Source: an uncultured Lentisphaeraceae bacterium (GTDB lineage: Bacteria > Verrucomicrobiota > Kiritimatiellia > RFP12 > DVOR01). Taken from it: DNA of 64,000 nucleotides. The stretch spans positions 35,748 through 99,747 of the forward strand of contig CALBHX010000116.1 in NCBI GenBank assembly GCA_937892925.1, read 5' to 3'. Below the pieces are notes generated by a model. It saw nothing but the letters and a program-made list of their open reading frames with translations, made no database searches and was not told the origin of the DNA. This document shows, piece after piece, positions 8,879-18,996 of the stretch. Position numbers and translations under genes: made by a program. Every line of letters begins with the position of its first letter. Positions within the stretch are counted from its first letter, which is position 1.

Positions 8879-11275
8879 ATGACTCCAGAATTACTTGCGC
8901 CAGCCGGATCGTTTGAGGCAGCTGTAGCTGCGTTCACCTATGGGGCGGATGCGGTTTATCTTGGCTTGGAACATTTTTCGGCACGGGCAGACGCTGCAAA
9001 CTTTTCCGAAGAGGCGTTGCGGCAGATTGTGGCCTATGCGCGAAATCTGCCGCGTCCACGTAAGGTTTATGTGACGCTCAATACGTTGTTGGAAAGTCGG
9101 GAGTTCGAGTCGCTGCAAACGCCGCTAAAGCTTTTGGATCGGCTGGCGATCGATGGTGTGATTGTGCAGGATCTTGGTCTTGCGGCCTATCTGCGCCGAG
9201 CCTTTCCGCGTATCCCGCTGCATGCTTCCACGCAATTGGCCTGTACATCGCTTGCCGGGGCACGAGCGTTGAAAGCTCTCGGATTTGTTCGTATCGTCAC
9301 TGCACGTGAGCTGGGTTTGTTCGAGGCTGCGGAGATCGGTAGGCAGGCTGGAGTGGAGATTGAAGTCTTTATTCACGGGGCGCTCTGTTATAGCCTTAGC
9401 GGGCTATGCCTCTACTCTTCGCTGGCTACGGGGCGCAGCGGGAATCGTGGGCGATGCGCTTATTGCTGCCGTCAGCGGTTTCAGTCTTCAGCGGCGGGGC
9501 ACCCCTTCTCTATGCGTGATCTAGCTCTTGCGAAGAAGGGTGATTTGTTGCGCACCCTTCCGCTGGCTTCACTCAAAATCGAAGGGCGAATGAAAAACCC
9601 GCTTTATGTAGCAGCTGTTACGGATCTTTATCGCTGCGTACTGGATGGCGGGCTCTCCTCTCAGGCTCTCGCCCAAAAAGAAGCGGATTTGCGCACGATT
9701 TTTTCTCGCCCATGGACACAGCTATATACCGTTTCGCAACAGGTTCCGCCTGAAGCTGTAATTGATTCGTTGTGTGTGGGGCATCGTGGTGTGCCGATTG
9801 GGAAGGTGCTAAATGTTCTGCGCGGCACGGATGGGCTTCGGTGGTTGACCTTTGATACCGCTCGAGCTCTCGAGCGTCATGATGGCCTGCAAGTGGATCT
9901 TCCCGGCCGCCCCATCGGCTTTGCGGTTGATCGGCTGCGTGATGCACGAACGAAGCGTTCAGCCATCACACTTCCGGCCGGAAGCCGAGTGGAAGTGATG
10001 CTGCCGCGAGAAGTGAGCGAGCTTCCGCGCGGCGCGGCGATTATGTGCTCGGCCTCACAGGCAGTACGTCGAGCATTCCCTGTTCCAACTCCGCGGCAAA
10101 CGGAGCTGCGTACCCTGCTGCCTGCGGATCTGACACTGACGTTGACGCCTACGGCCATGATTCTTTCCGGTGGCGGCGTTATGCGTAAAACGCCAGCAAT
10201 TCTTGCTCCGGCTAAGGAACCTGCCAGAACGGAGGAAGCCGCTCGCAAGTTGCTGTCGCGTTTAGGTGAGGAGGGCTTTTACCTGCGGAGTTTGGAGCTT
10301 CGAAACCCAGAGGGGCTGTTTCTTCCGGCAGCTCTGCTGAATGCCACGCGTCGTGCTTGGGCGGAAGCCATGCGAGCCGCCCAAGAGTCGAACGCTACGC
10401 CGTCAGCGAAAGTGAGGGGCAGGCTTCAGAGCCCCTGCCCAACGCGCATGCTGGTGTCCCCCGACAAGGTCCATTTGTCGCTCAAAGTTTCTGCTCAGCA
10501 ATGCCCTGAGGATTTCGGCCTTGTGCCGGGGCAGCCGCTTCCGCGGGTTACACTTGCGGGGTTTTCACTTCCGCTGACAGAGGTGGTGGTGGCGGTGGAT
10601 TCGGAAACGCCGCAGGAAACGCTGGAACAATGGAAGCGCGTGCTCCCTGAGGACTCTCTGCGCTGGGCACTTCCGGTGGCCATGCGCGGAGAAGAGATGG
10701 GGGCTATGGCTGCTCGCGTGGGTTCACAGATGGATGTGGGTGCACGCAAGTTTGAGTGTGCGGACTTGGGCTCTTGGCAATTACTGAATGATTTGCAGCC
10801 CGCGTGCGGTGCGCTGGATATTACAGCGGATTGGACGTGGTATGCAGCGAATGCTGAAGCCGTGGTCATGCAGGGTGCTTGCGGTCTTACCGCCGGCGTT
10901 ACCAGCCCCGAAGAGAATCTGGATAATCTCAAAACATTTCCCACCGATCCGCCGCGCGAAGTTCTTCTGGCGCAGTGGACGCCGCTCTTCATTTCCTATA
11001 CTCGCCCCTTGGCTGACAGCTGCGCGCTGAAGGATCGGGAGGGGCATACGCTGCATGTGGTTCGGCAGGGGCGCTTGTGGGCAACGCTGGATCGGCGTCC
11101 CTGGCGCATCGTGGATGCGTTGCCGGAGTTGTTGACTGCCGGATTTTCCCGTTTTCGGCTGGATGTCTCTTGGGCAGGTGCTGCCCTGGAACAAATGACG
11201 CAAGGGATTGCACCGCTGGATGCGCTTTTACACCGTGAGTCGCTGCCAACGGCTTTTGGACGCCATCGACTGTAA
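8879..11275 (+). CDS. peptidase U32 family protein (collagenase-like), unusually long (798 aa)
   Basis: U32 signature region EVFIHGALCYSLSGLCLYSS and a Cys cluster CAYCCRQRF. There is a long C-terminal extension of roughly 400 aa beyond the typical U32 size. Confidence 0.75.
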   Translation: MTPELLAPAGSFEAAVAAFTYGADAVYLGLEHFSARADAANFSEEALRQIVAYARNLPRPRKVYVTLNTLLESREFESLQTPLKLLDRLAIDGVIVQDLGLAAYLRRAFPRIPLHASTQLACTSLAGARALKALGFVRIVTARELGLFEAAEIGRQAGVEIEVFIHGALCYSLSGLCLYSSLATGRSGNRGRCAYCCRQRFQSSAAGHPFSMRDLALAKKGDLLRTLPLASLKIEGRMKNPLYVAAVTDLYRCVLDGGLSSQALAQKEADLRTIFSRPWTQLYTVSQQVPPEAVIDSLCVGHRGVPIGKVLNVLRGTDGLRWLTFDTARALERHDGLQVDLPGRPIGFAVDRLRDARTKRSAITLPAGSRVEVMLPREVSELPRGAAIMCSASQAVRRAFPVPTPRQTELRTLLPADLTLTLTPTAMILSGGGVMRKTPAILAPAKEPARTEEAARKLLSRLGEEGFYLRSLELRNPEGLFLPAALLNATRRAWAEAMRAAQESNATPSAKVRGRLQSPCPTRMLVSPDKVHLSLKVSAQQCPEDFGLVPGQPLPRVTLAGFSLPLTEVVVAVDSETPQETLEQWKRVLPEDSLRWALPVAMRGEEMGAMAARVGSQMDVGARKFECADLGSWQLLNDLQPACGALDITADWTWYAANAEAVVMQGACGLTAGVTSPEENLDNLKTFPTDPPREVLLAQWTPLFISYTRPLADSCALKDREGHTLHVVRQGRLWATLDRRPWRIVDALPELLTAGFSRFRLDVSWAGAALEQMTQGIAPLDALLHRESLPTAFGRHRL

Positions 11276-11301
11276 TCGGTTGAGGGAAAGGCGCGGCTAA
11301 G

Positions 11302-13119
11302 ATGCAATGGGGACTCATGTGGTTTGGCATCGGCCTGGCGTGCATCGTGCAGGCGCAGGCCTTCTCGTGGGAACTGCTGGACTTGGCGCACCCTGACCTT
11401 AAGGCGGTGGCTGAAGCATTGCAGGCTAACGATGAAGCTTCTGCTGGGAATGCTCTTTTAGAGCATTGGCGTAGTCGGCAGGATTCGCGCGATGCATGGA
11501 GCAAGGCTAAAAGCCGGAAAAAACCTTCCGCTTTCGATCAAAAACTCGCGGATGATGCGCTGGAGCATCGTTTTTATGCACACGCGGCTTATCAGCCCTC
11601 CGCCTTTTATGGCAAGGATATCGATTGGACGGTCTGGCCGGTGAGGGCGGATGAACTTCGTTTCCAGCTGCATCGGCACAAGTGGTTTATGCCCCTGCTT
11701 AAGGTTTATGCTGCAACCGGGGATGACCGTTATTTTGCGGCCTGGCGCGAACAGTGGGGCGATTGGATTCGAAAAAATCCCTTCCCTGGTCGAACCGCCG
11801 CGGAGCGTAAAAACGCCCGGTTTGCCTGGCGCGCGTTGGAAATTAGCGACCGCCTCTCCGGCTTGCTCCGGCAATTGGCGCTCGCGGTTTATGCCCCGGC
11901 CTTCACGGTTAAAGACCTCAAGGTTTTTTTGGGCATAACCTCCTGGCATGCTGATCTTGTTTGGCAACGGCGCGCCGCCCGTGGAAATCATCTGATTTTT
12001 GAAATGACACGCCTCTTGGGCGCCGCACAGGCGCTTCCTGAGCTTAAGGGCGCCGCGCAATGGCGCGCCAACGCCGTGCGCGTTTTGAGTGAAGAGCTGC
12101 ATAAACAGGTTTATTCTGACGGCGTCCAATACGAGTTGGATCTGGGCTATCACATCAGCGTCTATTCCCTCTTTCCTCAAGGATTGTGTCTGGCTCCGGA
12201 GCCCTTTTCGCCCGCCGATCGCGCATTACTTGGAAAGATGGCCGCCTTCGCTGACGACCTCTTCTTCCCGGACGGGGAGCACCCTTATTTTGCCGACACG
12301 CATGCACTGAAAGGGCGCCGAACCCTCCTCATTCAGGCTCGGGTGGACTTTCCGGAAGCCTTCCATCGCGCAGACTTTGTCTCGCGCGCTTATCCAAATG
12401 GCGGTTTTTACGTCCTTCGGGAAGGTTCTCCGAAAAGCGGCTCAATGGTGGTGCTTAAAGCCGGCCCCGCGGCCTTTTGGCATAACCAGCCGGATAACGG
12501 CACGTTTTCGTACTGGTACGCCGGGCGCGACTTCTTCCCGGATGCAGGGTCTTATCTCTATGGCGGGCCTGACACTGCCGATGACCGTGCCGCCTTCCGT
12601 GCCACTCGAGTCCATTCTACGCTTACGCTTGATGGCCAGGATAATGCCCCCGGATCCAAACTGCTTCGTTGGGAGGCTCAGCCGGCCGCCACCATTGTTA
12701 TTGTTGAAACCCCGGCTTATCCTGGCTTGAACCACCGTCGATCCTTGCGTTTGGGTACAGGCGGCACCTTGGAAATCACCGATGAAGCGTACGGGGAAGC
12801 CGCCGGGCAAGTGGAGGTTCGTTTCTGCCTTGCCCCGGGAGCCGCCCCCGAATGCATTTCAGAGAACCTGTGGAGGACACATTTTGCGGATGGCAACGAC
12901 ATTCGGCTAGCCTTCTCAGAGGGGTGGCAGGTTGATGTGAAACCAGGATGGCGTTCACGCATTCACGGGAAGAAGGAGCCTCGCCCCATTCTTTGTCTGC
13001 GGCGAAACAAAACCACTCAGACGCCTACAGTCGCTTTACAAACGGAGATTACACCAATCGCTTCAGGCGTAGAAAATAAGACTTCTTTTGGCAAACGGCA
13101 AAAGCGTTTGAAAAAGTGA
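11302..13119 (+). CDS. secreted heparinase II/III-like (alginate-lyase-like N-domain) protein
   Basis: 605 aa with an N-terminal signal peptide (WFGIGLACIVQAQA). The overall length and alpha-toroid-type sequence character suggest a heparinase II/III family polysaccharide lyase. Confidence 0.55.
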   Translation: MQWGLMWFGIGLACIVQAQAFSWELLDLAHPDLKAVAEALQANDEASAGNALLEHWRSRQDSRDAWSKAKSRKKPSAFDQKLADDALEHRFYAHAAYQPSAFYGKDIDWTVWPVRADELRFQLHRHKWFMPLLKVYAATGDDRYFAAWREQWGDWIRKNPFPGRTAAERKNARFAWRALEISDRLSGLLRQLALAVYAPAFTVKDLKVFLGITSWHADLVWQRRAARGNHLIFEMTRLLGAAQALPELKGAAQWRANAVRVLSEELHKQVYSDGVQYELDLGYHISVYSLFPQGLCLAPEPFSPADRALLGKMAAFADDLFFPDGEHPYFADTHALKGRRTLLIQARVDFPEAFHRADFVSRAYPNGGFYVLREGSPKSGSMVVLKAGPAAFWHNQPDNGTFSYWYAGRDFFPDAGSYLYGGPDTADDRAAFRATRVHSTLTLDGQDNAPGSKLLRWEAQPAATIVIVETPAYPGLNHRRSLRLGTGGTLEITDEAYGEAAGQVEVRFCLAPGAAPECISENLWRTHFADGNDIRLAFSEGWQVDVKPGWRSRIHGKKEPRPILCLRRNKTTQTPTVALQTEITPIASGVENKTSFGKRQKRLKK

Positions 13120-13309
13120 TGTTATTCACGGAAGTCAGGCTCCTCCGACCCAGAACTTCCCGGCGTTGCGGTTGTTTCAGCCAAGGTCTCCCCGCGCTTG
13201 ATAGTGCCTCTGCTGTGCGGCTTTTTCTTTCTATTTCCTCCTTTCGCGAGAGTATTCCGCACGATCAGCCAAGTGGATGCTTATCCCCTTTCATAACAAC
13301 AGTCGAGTG

Positions 13310-13840
13310 CCTATTGGGCGTCTGCGTTGCCCTGTGCGGAAGCAAGTATAGCTCGATATCTTTCTTGTAAGCGTGTGGGAGGCTATCGCTTTCACAGTAA
13401 AGCCTGCCTAACTGATATTGTGCACGTACAAAATCCCGCTCTGCGGTTTTGTCGTACCACGCGGCGGCGGTATGATCGTCTTTCCGGATGATCTCGCAAT
13501 ATTTCTCGAGCGCGTGTTATACATCAGCATCCCTTTGATTGGCAGACTTTTTATACCAGTAGATGGCGCGTGAATAGGCTTCATGTATGTCTGTGATATC
13601 GGTAGAACTGCAATGAACTCGATAATAGAGCGTGGTATTGTATTGCGCGATATCATATTCGGCATCGGCGGCCGATTTAAACCACACCGAGGGACTCTGT
13701 TTAGTCTCTTTCCTCGGTAACATAATAATACCCAATGTTGTTTTAGTCGTAGAGATTGCCTTGTTGCGCCCTAATAAAGACTTCAGCGGAGGGCTTCCCT
13801 GTCAAAAGGTATTTGGACATCAGGCAACCGATAATAATCC
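13310..13840 (-). pseudogene. decayed Sel1-repeat (TPR-like) protein gene with multiple frameshifts
   Basis: Minus-strand translations in three frames give consecutive Sel1 repeats: SVWFKSAADAEYDIAQYN..LYY, AAAWYDKTAERDFVRAQYQLGRLY and RYRAILASAQGNADAQ. There is no intact ORF. GC is well below the window average. Confidence 0.5.
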
Positions 13841-14285
13841 ATACAGCTTTCCTTTGTTTTTTCCTATCGAGACGAAAACGGCGTGCTTCCAGACGATAGT
13901 TCCCATAAGAGCCCGATCAACGCATTGAGAGAAAACAGATTGCGGAAACACGTCAGGGGAATGCTCTCTAGCGTATCGCTCAGGACCTTCGTCCTATCAA
14001 GAGATTTTGTTCGTTTCTTACGAACGGGAAAATGCGTAACGCATCTTTTTGCTTGGGGCGTGAGGTTGTAAGCGTTTTACCTCGAATCAAACGATGTGCT
14101 CGTATTCTCGTATGATAGAAACGTGACGGATGCTGAGATGTTTTTATTGAGCGGATGGGTTGCTGAAAGGCCAACGTGTGTTGCTGGCAGGAGGGAGGGA
14201 TGAGGGTGGTGTGTATGCCCGGCAGATGAAGCATCGATGCGGTGCGGCTTTGCTATACTACATGCTTTCACTTTGGAAGGATCGT

Positions 14286-16028
14286 ATGGCTGTATTCAGA
14301 GAGTTAGGTTTGCCGGAAGCACTGTTGAAGGCGGTTGAGGGGTTGGGTTTTTCTGAGCCGATGCCGATTCAGGAGCAGGCCATTCCGCCGTTGCTTCAAG
14401 CGGATGCGCCGGATTGTGTGGCATTGGCGGCAACGGGGACGGGGAAGACGTGCGCGTATGGGCTGCCGTTGCTGGCGCGTTTGGTTGTGGGGGAATCGGC
14501 GCCGCAGGGGCTGGTGTTGGCGCCGACGCGGGAATTGTGCCTGCAGATTGGCGAGGAGCTGGCACGATTCGCGAAGTATCTGCCGGAGGTGCGGGTGGTA
14601 GCGTGTTATGGCGGGGCGCCGATTGGATCGCAGATCGCAAAGCTGGAGCGCGGGGCGCAGGTGGTGGTGGCCACGCCGGGGCGGCTGTGTGACCTAATCC
14701 GCCGAGAGGCCGTTCAACTGGATGCGGTGCGCACGTGCGTGCTGGATGAGGCGGACGAGATGCTGAATCTTGGATTCCGTGAGGAGCTGGACTTTATTCT
14801 CGATGCTGTGCCGGATTCGGCGGCAATGTGGCTGTTTTCCGCAACGATGCCGCCGGAGGTCGAGGCGATTGCCTGCCGGGTGGCGCAGGATCCCCTGGAG
14901 ATCACGGTGGGAGCGCGCAATGAGGCGCAGGCCAATATTGCGCATCATAGTTACGCAGTAGCGGAGCGCAACCGCTATGGCGCGTTGCGGCGGGTGATAG
15001 ACTTCGTTCCGGAAATGTATGGGCTGGTGTTCTGCCGGACGCGGATGGATACGCAGCGGTTGAGTGAATCGCTGATGCATGACGGTGTTTACGCAGAAGC
15101 TTTGCACGGGGATTTGTCACAGGCTCAGCGGGATGCCGTGATGCGCAAGTTTCGAGAGAAGGCTGTGCGGATTCTGGTGGCAACAGACGTGGCGGCGCGC
15201 GGCCTGGATGTGGACGATATCACGCACGTGATTCATTATCATTTACCGGATGATGCGGCGGTGTATACGCATCGGAGCGGGCGAACGGCGCGTGCGGGAA
15301 AGAGCGGAGTTTCGATTGCGCTGGTTTCTCCTCGAGATAAGGCCAAGCTGCGCCTGATTGAACGGCTGTGCGGAATGCGGTTTGAACAGCGGGCAATTCC
15401 AACGGCAGATGAGGTTCGCCAAAAACATGTGTTCTGGCTTGCGGAGCAGGTGCGCGGCGTACAGGAGGTGCATCCGGCCATTCGGGCACTGCTGCCGGCT
15501 GTGGCGCCGCTGATGGGGGGACTGTCTTCGGAGGAAGTGCTTGCCCGCGTGCTGCAGCTGCGCCTTTCCATGCTGATGGAGGCGTATGAGGATGCACAGG
15601 ATCTGAACCCTGTAGAGGCGCCTTCGCGGGCAGAGCGGGAGGCGGCATTCGGTGAACGGCAGCGAATTCGGATTCGGGTAGGGCGGCAGGATCATTTACG
15701 CGAAGGCGCGATTGTACGCCTGGCGTGTGAGGCCGCAGGGATTCAGGCCTCGGATATCGGCGCCATTGGCGTCAGGCGAGAAGTGGCATTTTTTGATGTA
15801 CGGGCCGAGCTGGGACGGCGCGTACTTTCGGCTTTGCAATCGGTGGCGTTTGACGGAAAACCGTTAAATCCGGAACTGGCGGATCCCTCTGAGGAATTGC
15901 CCGCCCGCCCCAAAAAACGCGGCTTTCATGCGCGTTCCGGAGGTAAATCTTTCCCAAAACGGGAACGCAGACCCTTTTCAAAGCCGCGCGGCGGTAAGTC
16001 TGGGAAACGGCGGGAGGAGCGGGCATGA
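14286..16028 (+). CDS. DEAD-box ATP-dependent RNA helicase (DeaD/CsdA-like) with C-terminal DbpA-type RNA-binding domain and basic tail
   Basis: Q-motif, AxTGTGKT, DEAD, SAT and HRSGRTARAG motifs. A DbpA-like domain (RIRIRVGRQDHLREGAIV) and an R/K/G-rich tail. ATG at 14286; the ORF-track start at 14160 is an extension. Confidence 0.9.
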   Translation: MAVFRELGLPEALLKAVEGLGFSEPMPIQEQAIPPLLQADAPDCVALAATGTGKTCAYGLPLLARLVVGESAPQGLVLAPTRELCLQIGEELARFAKYLPEVRVVACYGGAPIGSQIAKLERGAQVVVATPGRLCDLIRREAVQLDAVRTCVLDEADEMLNLGFREELDFILDAVPDSAAMWLFSATMPPEVEAIACRVAQDPLEITVGARNEAQANIAHHSYAVAERNRYGALRRVIDFVPEMYGLVFCRTRMDTQRLSESLMHDGVYAEALHGDLSQAQRDAVMRKFREKAVRILVATDVAARGLDVDDITHVIHYHLPDDAAVYTHRSGRTARAGKSGVSIALVSPRDKAKLRLIERLCGMRFEQRAIPTADEVRQKHVFWLAEQVRGVQEVHPAIRALLPAVAPLMGGLSSEEVLARVLQLRLSMLMEAYEDAQDLNPVEAPSRAEREAAFGERQRIRIRVGRQDHLREGAIVRLACEAAGIQASDIGAIGVRREVAFFDVRAELGRRVLSALQSVAFDGKPLNPELADPSEELPARPKKRGFHARSGGKSFPKRERRPFSKPRGGKSGKRREERA

Positions 16029-17347
16029 ACTCGGCGTTTGATCAACTGAGTATCCCGTTGCGCCGCGCCATCACGGAGATGGGTTATCAGAAGCCTTCCC
16101 CAATTCAGACTCAGGCCATTGCCCCGATTTTAGCCGGGCGAGATGTGATGGGCTGTGCCCAGACGGGAACAGGTAAGACGGCCGCATTTGCACTCCCTCT
16201 GTTGCATCGCCTGGAGCAGGCGCATACGGCTACGCTCCCGGGGCGTCCGCGGGTGTTGATTCTGGCGCCGACACGGGAACTTGCGGCTCAGATAGGTGAG
16301 AGTGTGCGGGCATATTCGGTCTATCAAACGATTTCAAGTGCGGTGATATTTGGCGGAGTAAGCCTCAATCCGCAGATTGAAGCTCTGCGTAAGGGGGTGA
16401 CGGTTCTGGTGGCTACACCCGGGCGGTTGCTGGATTTATGTACTCAGCGGGTACTTTCCCTTGAAGCTGTTCAGTCGGTGGTGCTCGATGAGGCCGATCG
16501 GATGTTGGACATGGGTTTTCTGCCGGACATCCGTAAGATTCTTGAACGCCTTCCGGAACGACGGCAATCCCTCTTTTTCTCGGCCACGTTGTCGCCGGCG
16601 GTCACGGAGCTGGCGCAAAGCTTCATTCGCACTAAGCCGGTGGTTATCCGTGTAGATCCCGGGGAACCGGCTGTAGAGCGGATTCGCCAGCGGGTTTATT
16701 TTGTGGATAAGGAAAAGAAGTATTCGTTGCTGAAGTGGGTGCTGGATAATCCGCATTGTTTCCGTGTGATCGTCTTCCCGCGGATGAAACATGGTGCGGA
16801 CCGCCTGTGTAAACAGCTTTCGCGTGATGGGTTCCCAGCGGCGGCATTGCATGGAGATAAGAGCCAGGGTGCGCGCTTGCGGGCGTTGGAGGACTTCCGC
16901 TCCGGTAAGATTCAGGTGTTGGTAGCTACAGATATTGCCGCGCGCGGTATTGATGTGGATGATGTAACCCACGTCGTCAACTATGATCTACCAGATGAAC
17001 CGGAAACGTATGTTCACCGGATTGGCCGCACGGCACGAGCCGGTGCGGGAGGGGAAGCGATCAGCCTGGTTTGCGCACATGATCGACAGGCGTTGCGGGA
17101 GATAGAGCGCTTTATCGGGCGGGGTATTCCGCAGGAACAGGAACAGCCCTTTCATTCGGAAGCTGCCCGCACGGCAATGGGGGCGGATGCCATTCGGCCG
17201 AAACGATCGGGGCACAACCGCTCCGGTGCTCGTCCCTCTGTACATCGGTCTTCAACCCAGGCGGCGTCCGGCGCATTGTACCCTCCGCGCTCGCGCGGTA
17301 CGAAGCCAACCCAAACGCCATTTTATGCGAGGAGAAAGCCATGCTGA
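16025..17347 (+). CDS. rhlE: DEAD-box ATP-dependent RNA helicase RhlE-like
   Basis: AQTGTGKTAAF, DEAD, SAT and HRIGRTARAG motifs. ATGA overlap with the upstream helicase gene. Confidence 0.9.
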   Translation: MNSAFDQLSIPLRRAITEMGYQKPSPIQTQAIAPILAGRDVMGCAQTGTGKTAAFALPLLHRLEQAHTATLPGRPRVLILAPTRELAAQIGESVRAYSVYQTISSAVIFGGVSLNPQIEALRKGVTVLVATPGRLLDLCTQRVLSLEAVQSVVLDEADRMLDMGFLPDIRKILERLPERRQSLFFSATLSPAVTELAQSFIRTKPVVIRVDPGEPAVERIRQRVYFVDKEKKYSLLKWVLDNPHCFRVIVFPRMKHGADRLCKQLSRDGFPAAALHGDKSQGARLRALEDFRSGKIQVLVATDIAARGIDVDDVTHVVNYDLPDEPETYVHRIGRTARAGAGGEAISLVCAHDRQALREIERFIGRGIPQEQEQPFHSEAARTAMGADAIRPKRSGHNRSGARPSVHRSSTQAASGALYPPRSRGTKPTQTPFYARRKPC

Positions 17348-17781
17348 TTGTGGAAAAGACGGTTTCGTTTGATGCTGCGCACCTGCTTACAGGGCATGGC
17401 GGGCAATGCCGGAATCTTCACGGGCACACGTATCGTGTAACGGTTGAGCTGGGCAATGTGCCGCATGTACCGGGGCAGCCGGAAGATATGGTGATGGACT
17501 TCAAGGAAGTTAAGGCGGTGCTGACGGAAGAGATTGTGGCTTGCTGCGACCATGCGTTTCTCTGCAATACGGCTTCGGAGGTGGAGAAGGATATAGCCGC
17601 AACGCTTCGGAAGCACGGCTTGCGTGTATATGAGCTTCCGCATCGCTCCACATCGGAGCTTCTGGCGAAGCACTTTTTCGAAAAGATTGCGGCGCGGGGG
17701 CTGCCGGTACTCTCGGTCTCTGTTAGTGAGACGCCGGAATCTCGTGCTACATATTGTCGTACGGCGACAGATGCGCTTTAA
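17341..17781 (+). CDS. queD: 6-carboxy-5,6,7,8-tetrahydropterin synthase
   Basis: 146 aa with CxxHGH-type motifs (CRNLHGHTYRV) of the QueD/PTPS family. Overlaps rhlE by 7 nt. Confidence 0.85.
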   Translation: MLIVEKTVSFDAAHLLTGHGGQCRNLHGHTYRVTVELGNVPHVPGQPEDMVMDFKEVKAVLTEEIVACCDHAFLCNTASEVEKDIAATLRKHGLRVYELPHRSTSELLAKHFFEKIAARGLPVLSVSVSETPESRATYCRTATDAL

Positions 17782-17832
17782 AAATGGAAAATTGTTGCAT
17801 TTTCGGGGTGAATAGCCCGGTCAAATTCTGAT

Positions 17833-17860
17833 GGCGGGGGCTGAAATGTCCCCGTTTTTT
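17833..17860 (+). terminator. putative Rho-independent terminator after queD
   Basis: GGCGGGGG-CTGAAATG-TCCCCG hairpin followed by TTTTTT. Confidence 0.55.
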
Positions 17861-18345
17861 GTGTTGCGTGCCGGCAGAGAAACGGGTCTCATAAAGTGGG
17901 GCTCATGTGGTGTGAAACGGCGAAACACCTGGGGCGGGGCGGAGGCTTTGAGTAATTCTTTTGCAATCCGCTCGTATCTGTTATCAAACTTTGGTATCAA
18001 GCGCTTTGAGAATAGACCTTCAAGACCTTCAATCGCTTCTCAACTTCATTGATAATTTCCCCTTTTTCATTCTCAATCATCCGTCTCGCCAAAAATCCCA
18101 TCGGAACCCTGATATTTCAGCCATTTCCATCTATTCCCCATGCCCACCGCATGTGCGTTAAATCAGAGTCGAACTTGCCCCGGCTCAAAGCCCCGTCCCG
18201 ACTGCGACGTGAACTTGGGGCGGACTTTGGAGACTCTGGCTGTCTGTTGTTTTGTTTAGGCGTGAGTAAGGAAACAATGGCGGAGGAACCGGAATAGGCG
18301 GATCCAAAAGGTATTTACAAAGGGAATATCAGGATAAAAGGGCGA

Positions 18346-18996
18346 TTACGCTTGCGTTATAGGGGCGCGATGCAGCACTCGGCGAAGGAGGGGAAGAAGA
18401 ATCCAGCAGGCGATGGCAGCGACGGCCAGGGCGGCTCCGCGTCCTGTCCAGATAGCAGCGGAGGGGTTTTCGCGTAAGAATGCAGAGAGCGTGCCGCCTA
18501 GCACGGCAAAAGCGCCCATTACTCCAACGGCACAGCAGGCAAATACCCCGCCCAGGAGTGTGAGCGACAGGCGTTTATGCGGGCAGGGGTTCGGAAGGAA
18601 TTTGGGCAGAAAAGCCACAAAAAAGAGGATTACTTTAGGGTTCGAGAGGTTGAGCAGAATGCCTCGGGTGTAACAGGCGCTGAGGGCGTTTGTTTCGGCC
18701 TGCGCATTCAACATACCGGCGTGCGCCACCATGCCGTAGGCCACAAAGAGCAGATAACAAGCGCCAAGTGCAGAAATCATGTCGGCCACGCGCGGGAAAC
18801 GCTCCAGCAGAGCGGCCACGCCGAGAATAGCTAGGGTAATGTGGACGCAGAGACCCGTGATGAGCCCGGCGGTTACGCAGAGCCCGGCGGCTGTACCCAT
18901 GGCGGCGCTTTGCGCCAGCACGAAACAATTGTCAGGCCCTGGAGCCAGAGCCAGAAGCAGGCTGCTTCCGATGAAGAGCGGTAAGCGGGTTTTCAT
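18346..18996 (-). CDS. LysE/RhtB family amino-acid exporter
   Basis: 216 aa, six predicted TM segments, ALAPGPDN motif near the N-terminus. Confidence 0.8.
   Translation of the reverse strand: MKTRLPLFIGSSLLLALAPGPDNCFVLAQSAAMGTAAGLCVTAGLITGLCVHITLAILGVAALLERFPRVADMISALGACYLLFVAYGMVAHAGMLNAQAETNALSACYTRGILLNLSNPKVILFFVAFLPKFLPNPCPHKRLSLTLLGGVFACCAVGVMGAFAVLGGTLSAFLRENPSAAIWTGRGAALAVAAIACWILLPLLRRVLHRAPITQA

Noticed and set aside
10495-11504. Several 130-170-aa minus-strand ORFs inside the U32 peptidase gene
   Set aside because: Antisense to a conserved coding frame; Ser/Ala/Arg-rich.
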